This document shows, piece after piece, positions 39,927 through 47,840 of a stretch of 64,000 bases of DNA. A program made the translations under genes and the position numbers. The stretch's first letter is position 1; the number at the start of each line of letters is the position of its first letter. The stretch comes from an uncultured Holophagales bacterium. GTDB lineage: Bacteria; Acidobacteriota; Thermoanaerobaculia; Multivoradales; UBA5704. The DNA is taken from NCBI GenBank assembly GCA_963842525.1, contig CAWJGT010000001.1, positions 544,001 to 608,000 of the forward strand. The letters run 5' to 3'. The notes below the pieces were generated by a model, which was given only the letters and a program-made list of their open reading frames with translations, made no database searches and was not told the origin of the DNA.

Positions 39927-40853
39927 TCAGTCCGGGTCGATCCGGACCGCGCACTGGGGGAAGCCCGGCTCGACGCCGTACTCCCCATCCATTCCGAAGC
40001 TGATCTGGGCGTGGGAAAACGACTTGGTCGTGTCGAACTCGATGCCGTTGGGTTCTCTCGTGGGCATCCAGAGAACGGGTCTCGGACCGGTCGGGAGCGA
40101 GAGGATCATGTCCACTTTGTTTTCGGTCCCCGGGGCAGGGTTGTAGTCGAGCCAGAGGCTGAACTTTTCTTTCCAGGTGTTGGGATCGGCGCCGAAGCTG
40201 GGCTCGGTGCGGAGCAGCTCGTAGGCTTGGAAGACGTCCGTGGATCTCGTGATGACGATCAGGTTTTGCCTCACCTGGTCGGCGGAGGCGAGGGCGTCTC
40301 CCCAGAGGCGGATGGACATGAGCCGGAGGAGGGCGTTGGTGATCTCGGAACGCGCTTCCATTACGTCCGGCTTCGCAGGGATCTGGCGAACGACATGAAC
40401 GACGTTGGAGTAGCCGCGGCCGTCGGGGTGGACGTGATCGGTGTCGAAGAAGTTCTGGCCGTCGTAGGCGAGACGGTTGTGGCGCAGGACTTTCACCGCA
40501 AGCATGACCTTGCCCGCGGCGAAGCCTTCGGCGATGGCGGCAGACTTCTGCTGGACGGTCGCGAGGGCGGTGCCCCTCTCGATGTCGTTTCGATCGACGG
40601 CGTCGGTGATCTCATATTTCTCGCCAACGATCGTGATCGGAGTTGCGAAGGAGCGCTGGACGATGCGCTCCCCCACCCATTTGTGGAGCTGCGTGAAGAG
40701 GGTGGTCCATTCGATCGTGAGGCTTTTGGCTCTCGTCGGATTGGGGACGGTCGCGGTGAGCTGCGGCAATAAGGCATTCGCCGCGGACCGGTCGTAGAGG
40801 TCGAGGGCGTAGGGGGTGACGACGCGGGCGATGCTTTGAAGCTCGCTGAGCAT
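39927..40853 (-). CDS. Mu-like major capsid protein (gpT)
   Basis: WVGER, KYEIT.AVDRNDIE, AYDGQNFFDTDH. Confidence 0.9.
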   Translation of the reverse strand: MLSELQSIARVVTPYALDLYDRSAANALLPQLTATVPNPTRAKSLTIEWTTLFTQLHKWVGERIVQRSFATPITIVGEKYEITDAVDRNDIERGTALATVQQKSAAIAEGFAAGKVMLAVKVLRHNRLAYDGQNFFDTDHVHPDGRGYSNVVHVVRQIPAKPDVMEARSEITNALLRLMSIRLWGDALASADQVRQNLIVITRSTDVFQAYELLRTEPSFGADPNTWKEKFSLWLDYNPAPGTENKVDMILSLPTGPRPVLWMPTREPNGIEFDTTKSFSHAQISFGMDGEYGVEPGFPQCAVRIDPD

Positions 40854-40856
40854 GGC

Positions 40857-41324
40857 TTACTCCACAGGGGGCTCGGCGCCTGGCACCCGTTCGACGTCGA
40901 TAAACCAGGTCGACGGACCGTAGGGACGGGTGAAGCGTCCGGCTTGAATGGCGTTATTGGTGAAGGAGGCGGAAACGGTGTTGTCGTCGACGACGAAGGC
41001 GGGGGCGCCGGGCCGGGGAGTGCCTCCAGTGACGTTGAAGAGCCATTCGCCTCGGGTGTCGACTCGGACGTAGCGGGCGGCGTCGGTGTAATCACCGGAG
41101 GTGCCGAGGGTGCCCGCGGCGCCGAAGGCGTTATTGAGGCCTTCGCGGCAGACGCCTTGGACGGTGAGGCCGTCGGTGTCGGAGGCGGGGACCGCGCGCC
41201 CTGAGCCGCTGGTCGCGACGAGAGCTCCGACGAAGAGAACCGCTCCAGCGGCGGCCGGAAGCGGCAGGATCTGCGGTTGGTGCAGTGCCCAGATGCGTTG
41301 GGTGTCTTGTGTGAGCGGTGGCAT
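40857..41324 (-). CDS. Capsid decoration/cement-like protein
   Basis: LFVGALVA..GRAVPA..FVVDDNTV; lies between protease and capsid. Confidence 0.65.
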   Translation of the reverse strand: MPPLTQDTQRIWALHQPQILPLPAAAGAVLFVGALVATSGSGRAVPASDTDGLTVQGVCREGLNNAFGAAGTLGTSGDYTDAARYVRVDTRGEWLFNVTGGTPRPGAPAFVVDDNTVSASFTNNAIQAGRFTRPYGPSTWFIDVERVPGAEPPVE

Positions 41325-41333
41325 GGTTGAACC

Positions 41334-42296
41334 TCAGTTCGTGCGGAAGCCGAAGGCGGTGGTGGTGAATTGGTACTTGGCGTCGAGCTCGCGGCGACGC
41401 TCGGCGGAAAGGCCGAGGGCGGTGGTGGCCTGGAGCTCCTGGTCGGCCAGGCGGCCGGCGGTCATCGCTTCGACAGCGGGGACGGCGGCGAGGATATCGA
41501 GGAGCCGGTCGGCGATCGCGACTTCGGTGGGGGGCTTCGTGGGGTCGTCCTGCAGCTTCACGGTGGCGGGGGTGCGGGTGGCGAGTAGCTCGATGAGGAG
41601 CGGCTTGGCGAGATTCGCCATGGCGGGGGTGAGACTTGCTCCGAGAGCCTTCAGGCGGCTATCGGCTTGCAGCTCGGCTTTCTGCCTCAGGATGATGGCG
41701 ACGGCCTGGTCGCTTTCGACGACTCGCTGTTGCAGGGCGGCGCTCAGCTCGACTTCACCAGGGGCGGACGGTGGCGAATCACTTTCGGACACGGGGGGCT
41801 CCTTTCTGGAGGGCAGCACGTACTGCGGGCGGCAGAGGGTGACCGGCGGGAGGCCGGCGATTGCGGGTCGGGCATTGCCGAGGAGGGCGCAGCCGGTGAA
41901 GTACCAGCCTCCGGTCACCGGATGGCTGAGGGCGATTTCGGCGGAGCGGCGGGTGTAGCGCTTGGTGCGGATCAGCTCGACGGTGGCGGGGTCGAGGTCG
42001 GTGTAGCGGACCCAGAGGGCGTCGTCCTGGAGCCAGATGCGCTCGCACCAGCCGAGCGACGGGCCAGCGGTGTTGTGGTCGAGGTTGAGGCTCGCCATCT
42101 CGATGGAGGGGTCGTAGGCGGCGGCCATCTCAGCGAGGCGCTCGGTGGTGATGACGATGCCGTGGGTTTCGGTGAGATCGATGGGGACGAGGGCCGGGAA
42201 CTCCAGAGCCGGGGCTTCGCCGGCGGCCAAGTCGATAATGTGATCGGTGGCGGCGGGGGTCCAGAGGACGGCGCCGGTGATGATGCGCGGGGTCAT
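41334..42296 (-). CDS. Mu gpI-like prohead protease/scaffold
   Basis: LNLDH..SLGW..YTRRSAEI..ALLGNARPAIAGL. Confidence 0.8.
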   Translation of the reverse strand: MTPRIITGAVLWTPAATDHIIDLAAGEAPALEFPALVPIDLTETHGIVITTERLAEMAAAYDPSIEMASLNLDHNTAGPSLGWCERIWLQDDALWVRYTDLDPATVELIRTKRYTRRSAEIALSHPVTGGWYFTGCALLGNARPAIAGLPPVTLCRPQYVLPSRKEPPVSESDSPPSAPGEVELSAALQQRVVESDQAVAIILRQKAELQADSRLKALGASLTPAMANLAKPLLIELLATRTPATVKLQDDPTKPPTEVAIADRLLDILAAVPAVEAMTAGRLADQELQATTALGLSAERRRELDAKYQFTTTAFGFRTN

Positions 42297-44029
42297 GGGG
42301 TCACTCCTGGGCCTCGGAAGCCGGGATCGGGCAGTGCGGGGAGGCCGGTGTCGGGGGCGATGGGCCAGGGGCCAGTAGGCTCGGGGCCTGTGTAGCCTCG
42401 GGCGGCTGCTTCTTCGGCGGTGACGACTTCGATACGACAGCGGCAGTTGTGGCCGGCGGGGGTCCACCAGGTCTTCCAGATCGGATGATCGATCGCGAAG
42501 ACTTTGCCGTGCATGACGGCGTGGTTGTGGAGCGGACGTTCGCGGACTCGGTCGTCGTCTTCGGTCAACCAGATCAGGTAGGGGATCTGGCGGGAGGACG
42601 ACAAGGACGACAAGGACGACAAGGACGACAAGGACGACAAGGACGACAAGGACGACAAGGACGACAAGGACAGCAAGGACGGCAAGGACGGCAAGGACGG
42701 CAAGGACAAGGACGAAAAGGACGGGGAGGGGGCGGCTGGCCTTTTGACTACGGGCTCGCCTTCGCCGGGGGCGGGGACCCTCATGGTCATGCGGTAGTAG
42801 CCTTCGGGGACGGCGACGTCATCCGCGAGGGCATGGGCGATGCCCTGCATGCGCTGGGCTCGGTCGGCTGCGTCGGTGGAGTCGTAGACAGAGCGCGGGA
42901 TGGGGGCGCTGGGGCCGAAGTTCAGGAGGACCATCCAGCGGATGAGGGTGTCGGTCTCGAAGGAGCCCAGAAGGTGGGCGTCGTGATCGACTGTTTCGAG
43001 GCGAACTTCGTTGGAAACCTGACTCTTTGCGAAGGAGCCGGGGCCTTTGGCCAGGCCGCTCGTATCGACCTCGCCCAGCAGCAGGAGGGCTTCGGCTCGA
43101 TCGAGCCAGGAGAGGAAGGCGGCGTAGCTGGCGTCTCCTCCGCGGGAGGCTTCGAGGAAGGTGATGTCGAGGCCGTCCGGCAGGGCGATGGAGGTGCCTG
43201 TACGGATGGCGTCGAGGATGGCGAGCAGCCGGGCCTGCTGCTCCTTGTTGGCGACCTCCTGGCCGGGCTTGTAGGGGTAGGTGCCTTTCGCGAGCGGCTG
43301 CGCGAAGCGTTCGACGAAGAGGGCCCAATACTTCGAGGCGTGCTTCTTGAGGTACCAGACCCAATAGAGCCGGTCGAGCAGGGCTCTGCCCCACGGATTG
43401 TCCTTGGTGCCGTAGGACAAAACCTGGAACTTCATCGGCGGTGCGGCGACGGGTGCGATGCGCACCGGGTGATTGACGATGTGAAGGGATCTATCGCTCG
43501 CGGCCCAGCCGAAGCGCCACATGGGGCGATCGATCAGATCGACGGGGAGCCAGGCCCCGGCCAGGGGACCTCGCGGGGCCTGCTCCCACATGATTTCGTT
43601 GATGGCGACGCCTTTGAGAATTGCCTCCAAGGTGTTGGAGATCGGGACGACGCGGAGCGGGATCTGCGACAACGCGGTGCGGACGAAGAGGGCAGTCTCT
43701 TCGGCCTTCGGAGAAGAACCAGCGGCTCGGATGAAGCGCGGCAGGGAGAGGACTGCTTTGACTCTTTTTTCCCAGAGGCCGGCCATGGTCGTGTCTGTAT
43801 CGACCATCCGGTTGTAAAGCTCGCCCACTCGATCGCCGACCTCGGACCGCTCGCGCACGAAGCGGGAGGGGTGCTGGATCTCCTGCCATCTTCCGAAGGC
43901 GCGGAAGAACATGGGATCGCCCCCGAGCTCGCCCACGAAAGGGCGGAGCTTGCGCTCCGCCTCCAAGGCGGTGACGACCAACTCGGCGAAGAGCTGGGCG
44001 GTCGGGGCGAGCGCGAGGGCGGTCTCCAT
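42293..44029 (-). CDS. DUF935 portal fused via a Ser/Leu repeat linker to a Mu gpF-like minor head domain
   Basis: NPWGRALL..WALFVERFAQP; C-terminal DDRVR..H..MHGKVFAIDHPIW...PAGHNCRC. Confidence 0.85.
   Translation of the reverse strand: METALALAPTAQLFAELVVTALEAERKLRPFVGELGGDPMFFRAFGRWQEIQHPSRFVRERSEVGDRVGELYNRMVDTDTTMAGLWEKRVKAVLSLPRFIRAAGSSPKAEETALFVRTALSQIPLRVVPISNTLEAILKGVAINEIMWEQAPRGPLAGAWLPVDLIDRPMWRFGWAASDRSLHIVNHPVRIAPVAAPPMKFQVLSYGTKDNPWGRALLDRLYWVWYLKKHASKYWALFVERFAQPLAKGTYPYKPGQEVANKEQQARLLAILDAIRTGTSIALPDGLDITFLEASRGGDASYAAFLSWLDRAEALLLLGEVDTSGLAKGPGSFAKSQVSNEVRLETVDHDAHLLGSFETDTLIRWMVLLNFGPSAPIPRSVYDSTDAADRAQRMQGIAHALADDVAVPEGYYRMTMRVPAPGEGEPVVKRPAAPSPSFSSLSLPSLPSLPSLLSLSSLSSLSSLSSLSSLSSLSSLSSSRQIPYLIWLTEDDDRVRERPLHNHAVMHGKVFAIDHPIWKTWWTPAGHNCRCRIEVVTAEEAAARGYTGPEPTGPWPIAPDTGLPALPDPGFRGPGVTP
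42596..42723 (+). repeat. 9-bp tandem repeat (GGACGACAA / GGACGGCAA), about 12 full copies
   Basis: Directly visible; encodes (SLS/SLP)n in the portal. Confidence 0.95.
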
Positions 44030-44031
44030 GA

Positions 44032-46023
44032 TCAGAGGGCCTTCAGGATGTCGAGGGAATCGATCGGGCTTGCGGCGGGGGTGGCGTAGATCAGGGGCGG
44101 CGTGAAGGCGCTCCAATCAGCGGTGAGCTTGCGCAGCTCGGCGACTCGCAGGGCATCGACGAGGTGGTCATTGACTTTCGAAAAGCGGCGGGCTTCGCCG
44201 GACTGCGAATAGGTGTGGTTTGCGAGGAGGTGGCGGACTTCGGGGTCGAAGGGCAGCTCGAGGCCTCGGCCGTGGAGGCGGCGCTCGATCAGTTGGGTGC
44301 CCAGCTCTTTGTAGGAGATGAGAACTTCGCGGCCGGTGGCCGGATCGAGCTGGGCTTCTCCGGTGGTGGGATCGAGAGCGGGCGTGGCGCGATTGAAGAC
44401 GTAGCCGCTCAGGCGGTCGCCGAGATCGGGGATGAGGAGGTCGACGAGGACGCGGCCGACTCCGGTGGCGTCGATACCCCAACCGCCGGCCGGGGCAAGA
44501 ATTGCGTCGAGGGCGAGGATGAAGTCCCGCTGCGCGTACCAGTTCCAGCCGGTGAGGTGGAGGCGGAGGACTACGGTGTCGGCCAGGCCGTTGCGACGTT
44601 CGAAAAGGATTTCCGTCACGGTGGCGGAGCCGACATCCACTCCGGCGGTGAGGTCTCCGGGGATGGGGCGGAGGAAGAAGTGCGCCAGATCCCAGATGGC
44701 CTTCTGGCGCTGAGTGGCGTCCCAGGTGTCCCAGGCGGCGACGTCGAGGGTGTCTTGGAGGACGGTCAGGTAGGGCTGCAGGGTGGCTTCTTCCGCGAGG
44801 TCCTCGTCGGGGTGATCGTCGGCGCCGCGATCCTCACCCCCGGCCCCTCTCCCATCTCCCTTCCTCTCCCCCGCCGGGAGAGGGGAGGAAGAATCGCCCC
44901 AGGGATAGGAGGGGTTGAGGCGGCGGGAGAGGGCGTCGAGGTGGCCGGCTCGGGTGTCCCAACGGAAGGCGATGGAGAGGTAGTCGGGGATCCAGGTCAG
45001 AGCGGGCTTGAGGAGACGCTCGGGGAAAAGTGAGTACTCGGGGTCGCCAGGGAGACCGAGGATGTTGTGGACGTAGCCGGGCTCGTCGGGACCACCGTAG
45101 AAAGCGATAAATTCCTGGCGGCGGTCTTCGCTCCAGAAGGGGGCGGGCATGATGGTCTTCGGCCAGTGGAAGCGGACCCAGATCCGGCCTCCGAGGTCTC
45201 GCGCCAGGACGCGGACTCCCTCCGGCGTCGCGGAGACAGTTGGGCGAAGGAGCTGCTCGATCACCAACTCGGGTGTTTCGGCCGGGATGATCGAATCGGC
45301 GGGGACTGCGTTGTCGGCGATCCTTTGGAAGGTGCAGAGGCGGTCGCCGGTGGGCACGGAGTAGATGCGGATCTCGCAGCCGGGCTTGGCGGCTCTCCAG
45401 AATTCGGCCCAGCTTCTCGGATTGACAACCTTTGCCGCTTCGTCGTGCAGGAGCCAGCCGCGCACGTGGATGCCGCGGTAGGCGCGGCCATCGTGACCCG
45501 CTGGGCGGAAGAGGACGCGCAATCCATTGCGCCAAGTCAGACGACGATAGGGCTTGGTGGTGCGGGTGCGCAGGGAATCGCCGAGGAACGGGTTGGCAGT
45601 GAGCTGCCACTCGACCTCTTCCCAGATTTCGTCGAGGTCGCCGTCCAGGGCGGAACCGACCAGGACGCTGCCCCGCTCGGCGGCGAGACAACCCCAGAGC
45701 AGGAGGCCGACGATTTCGCGGCTCTTGCCGACTTCGGCGCCGTCCTGGTGGACGACGTGCCCGCGGAAGCGCATCGACGGGCGCTGGTAAGGGAAGAGGC
45801 TCCAGAGCCCACCGCCGTCTTCCGGTTTGTTGACCAGGTTCGTCTCGACCCAGAGCACCGGATCGGCGTTGATCAGCCACCACTGGAGGCGGTCGGTGTC
45901 GAGGACCTTGCCGCCGAGCTTGAGGTCACCGCGTTCGAGGGCTTGCCAGGACCAGCGGTTGCGCCGGAGGAGGGCATCGATCAGCTCGGGCAGCGCGGGG
46001 TGGAGCAGCTCGATGCTATGCAT
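44032..46023 (-). CDS. Terminase large subunit
   Basis: LFPYQ, GAEVGKS, LLHDEAA, GVDVG, IDATGVG, NDHLVDA. Confidence 0.88.
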   Translation of the reverse strand: MHSIELLHPALPELIDALLRRNRWSWQALERGDLKLGGKVLDTDRLQWWLINADPVLWVETNLVNKPEDGGGLWSLFPYQRPSMRFRGHVVHQDGAEVGKSREIVGLLLWGCLAAERGSVLVGSALDGDLDEIWEEVEWQLTANPFLGDSLRTRTTKPYRRLTWRNGLRVLFRPAGHDGRAYRGIHVRGWLLHDEAAKVVNPRSWAEFWRAAKPGCEIRIYSVPTGDRLCTFQRIADNAVPADSIIPAETPELVIEQLLRPTVSATPEGVRVLARDLGGRIWVRFHWPKTIMPAPFWSEDRRQEFIAFYGGPDEPGYVHNILGLPGDPEYSLFPERLLKPALTWIPDYLSIAFRWDTRAGHLDALSRRLNPSYPWGDSSSPLPAGERKGDGRGAGGEDRGADDHPDEDLAEEATLQPYLTVLQDTLDVAAWDTWDATQRQKAIWDLAHFFLRPIPGDLTAGVDVGSATVTEILFERRNGLADTVVLRLHLTGWNWYAQRDFILALDAILAPAGGWGIDATGVGRVLVDLLIPDLGDRLSGYVFNRATPALDPTTGEAQLDPATGREVLISYKELGTQLIERRLHGRGLELPFDPEVRHLLANHTYSQSGEARRFSKVNDHLVDALRVAELRKLTADWSAFTPPLIYATPAASPIDSLDILKAL

Positions 46024-46673
46024 CGGAGTCTTCCCCCTCGCCGGCGAGTCCTCGCCGCATCTGGCTCACCCATGCAGCACGTCCCGCCAGGCCGAGGCCG
46101 TGGTCTCTTTCGCGCTCGCCGCTCGCTTTCGGGGTGATCGCTTGATCTGCGGCGGTGTGGCCGAGCTGCCGCAGGAGCTGGAAGGTGTTTGCTGCACGGG
46201 GATTTTCGACGGGGCGCTCGGCGACGATCTCGAAGCTCGCCTTCGGCGTTGCGGCCCACGACGGGGACCTGGACGACGAGTCCCTCCCGCATGAGGACCG
46301 CGAGCTCGTCGTGAGCCAAGGCGAGCTGGCCGGCCATCGATGTCGCAGCAAGCTCGGCCAGGCCGTTGAGGTCGCCGGCCTGGATGGCAGCCAGGTATTT
46401 CTGCATCACATCGTGATGACCCAGGGAGACGAGGCAGGCAGAGAGGCCGGCGCCTCGCGCCTCGACGGCGCGCTTGACGTCGCAGGTGCCGGTGCCGTCG
46501 TTGGGGCAGACGGCCGGCTTGCAGGGTGGAAGCGCCTGGCCGAGGGCGGTGGTCGCGTACTGGCCGGTCTTGACCGCGGCGGCGCGGCGCTGGGCGCGCT
46601 CTTTCGCGGACAGGGGCTTGCCCTTGGGCCGGCCGCCCTTGCCTTTGCTCTCCTGCTGTGTCCGCTTCGGCAT
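46016..46673 (-). CDS. Putative terminase small subunit, frameshift near 46230
   Basis: KGGRPKG..AVKTGQYA; continues in a second frame as PVENPRA..ITPKA; overlaps the terL start. Confidence 0.6.
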
Positions 46674-46702
46674 CTTGACAACGCTCCTCGTTCGGGAGCA
46701 GC

Positions 46703-47782
46703 TTGAAAGACATGAGCGCTAGACCCCAAATCGGCGACCCCCGGCGTACAGGTGGTAAACAGCAGATTGCAAAGAAGTTAGATCCTCTCGGCGGTACCGC
46801 GGAGAGTCACAGGACCTGTGATTCACTCGACGGTTGGACGGCCTTCTTGATCAGCGTCCGTGGGCGGACGGAGGGGACGGTGCGGCGGTATCGGCGGCTG
46901 GTCGAGCGGCTGTTGGAGGACTCTGGAAAACCGTTCGCGCAGCTCGGCCGGGAGGACGTTGAGCGGCATCTGCGGCGGCTGCATCTGGCCGGCCGTGGAG
47001 AGTCGGTGCGCCAGGGGGTGGTCGTGGCGATCCGCTCTCTCGGCGAGTGGTGCATGGCTCGCGGGATCTTCGATGTGAATCCGTGGGCGTCGCTGTCGGG
47101 GCCGCGGCCGTATCAGCGGGAGATCAAGGTGCTGACGGTCCGTGAGGTGTCGCGGCTGCTGTGGGGCGAGCGGCCGGGGACACTGCCTCGCGATCTTCGA
47201 AAGATGCGGGACCGGGTGCTGCTGGGCGTGGCCTATGTGGCGGGACTTCGCGCGTCGGAGATTGGGCCACTGGAGGCCGAGGGGGTGGTGTGGCAGGAAG
47301 CGACTCAGACGTTCAGCATTCTGGTGCGGCGCGGGAAGGGGGCAGGCGCGGATGTGCGGTTGCCGCTGGATCGGCCGGTGTCTCGGATGCTTGCCATGTG
47401 GCTGGCGGCGCGGCCGGCGGGCCGGTTCCTTTGGGGACGGGCGCTGACGCGGGGGGCGGTGCGCAAGGTCTTGCTTCGGCGGTTCGCGGAGGTGGGGATC
47501 GAGGCGGGTGGGCGGCGGATTTCGCCTCATGTGCTACGGCACAGCCTGGCGACGCATTTGCTTGCGCAGGGGCTGGATATCCGGGAGGTGCAGCTTCTGA
47601 TGCGGCACCGGTCGATTGCGACGACGGAGAAGTATCTGCATGTGAATGTGGATCGGCTCGGGGCGGTGTTGGTGCGGCGGAGTCCTTTGGAGGGGCGGGG
47701 GCGGAAGAGGGTGGCGAGCTCGCTGCGGCCGGCGATGGCTCAGCTTCTCGGGGAGCTTGGGGGGCTGGTGCGGGGGGAGTGA
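46703..47782 (+). CDS. XerC/D-like tyrosine recombinase
   Basis: Complete catalytic set: GLRASE, RRGKG, HVLRHSLAT, MRHRSI, TEKY. Confidence 0.92.
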   Translation: MKDMSARPQIGDPRRTGGKQQIAKKLDPLGGTAESHRTCDSLDGWTAFLISVRGRTEGTVRRYRRLVERLLEDSGKPFAQLGREDVERHLRRLHLAGRGESVRQGVVVAIRSLGEWCMARGIFDVNPWASLSGPRPYQREIKVLTVREVSRLLWGERPGTLPRDLRKMRDRVLLGVAYVAGLRASEIGPLEAEGVVWQEATQTFSILVRRGKGAGADVRLPLDRPVSRMLAMWLAARPAGRFLWGRALTRGAVRKVLLRRFAEVGIEAGGRRISPHVLRHSLATHLLAQGLDIREVQLLMRHRSIATTEKYLHVNVDRLGAVLVRRSPLEGRGRKRVASSLRPAMAQLLGELGGLVRGE

Positions 47783-47840
47783 CGGGCGAGGGAACGAACA
47801 CAGACGGACACGGACTGGCACGGCAGACGCGGTGCGACGA

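Noticed and set aside
38424-46023. Transposable Mu-type prophage
   Set aside because: No DDE transposase or MuB; the ends are defined by a tRNA att duplication
29554-46137. Long plus-strand ORFs over the structural module, and other long overlapping ORFs such as 55543-58527 and 6025-7857
   Set aside because: Antisense shadow frames typical of high-GC DNA; the opposite strand carries the recognisable proteins
46703-47782. Tyrosine recombinase as the right prophage boundary or as an integron integrase
   Set aside because: attR lies ~6 kb further right and matches the serine integrase; no IntI-specific insertion or attC array recognised
39046-47825. GAACAC(G/A)GACGGACACGGAC short repeats at ~39046 and ~47795 as att or packaging sites
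   Set aside because: They look like a dispersed intergenic simple repeat and do not bound a coherent module
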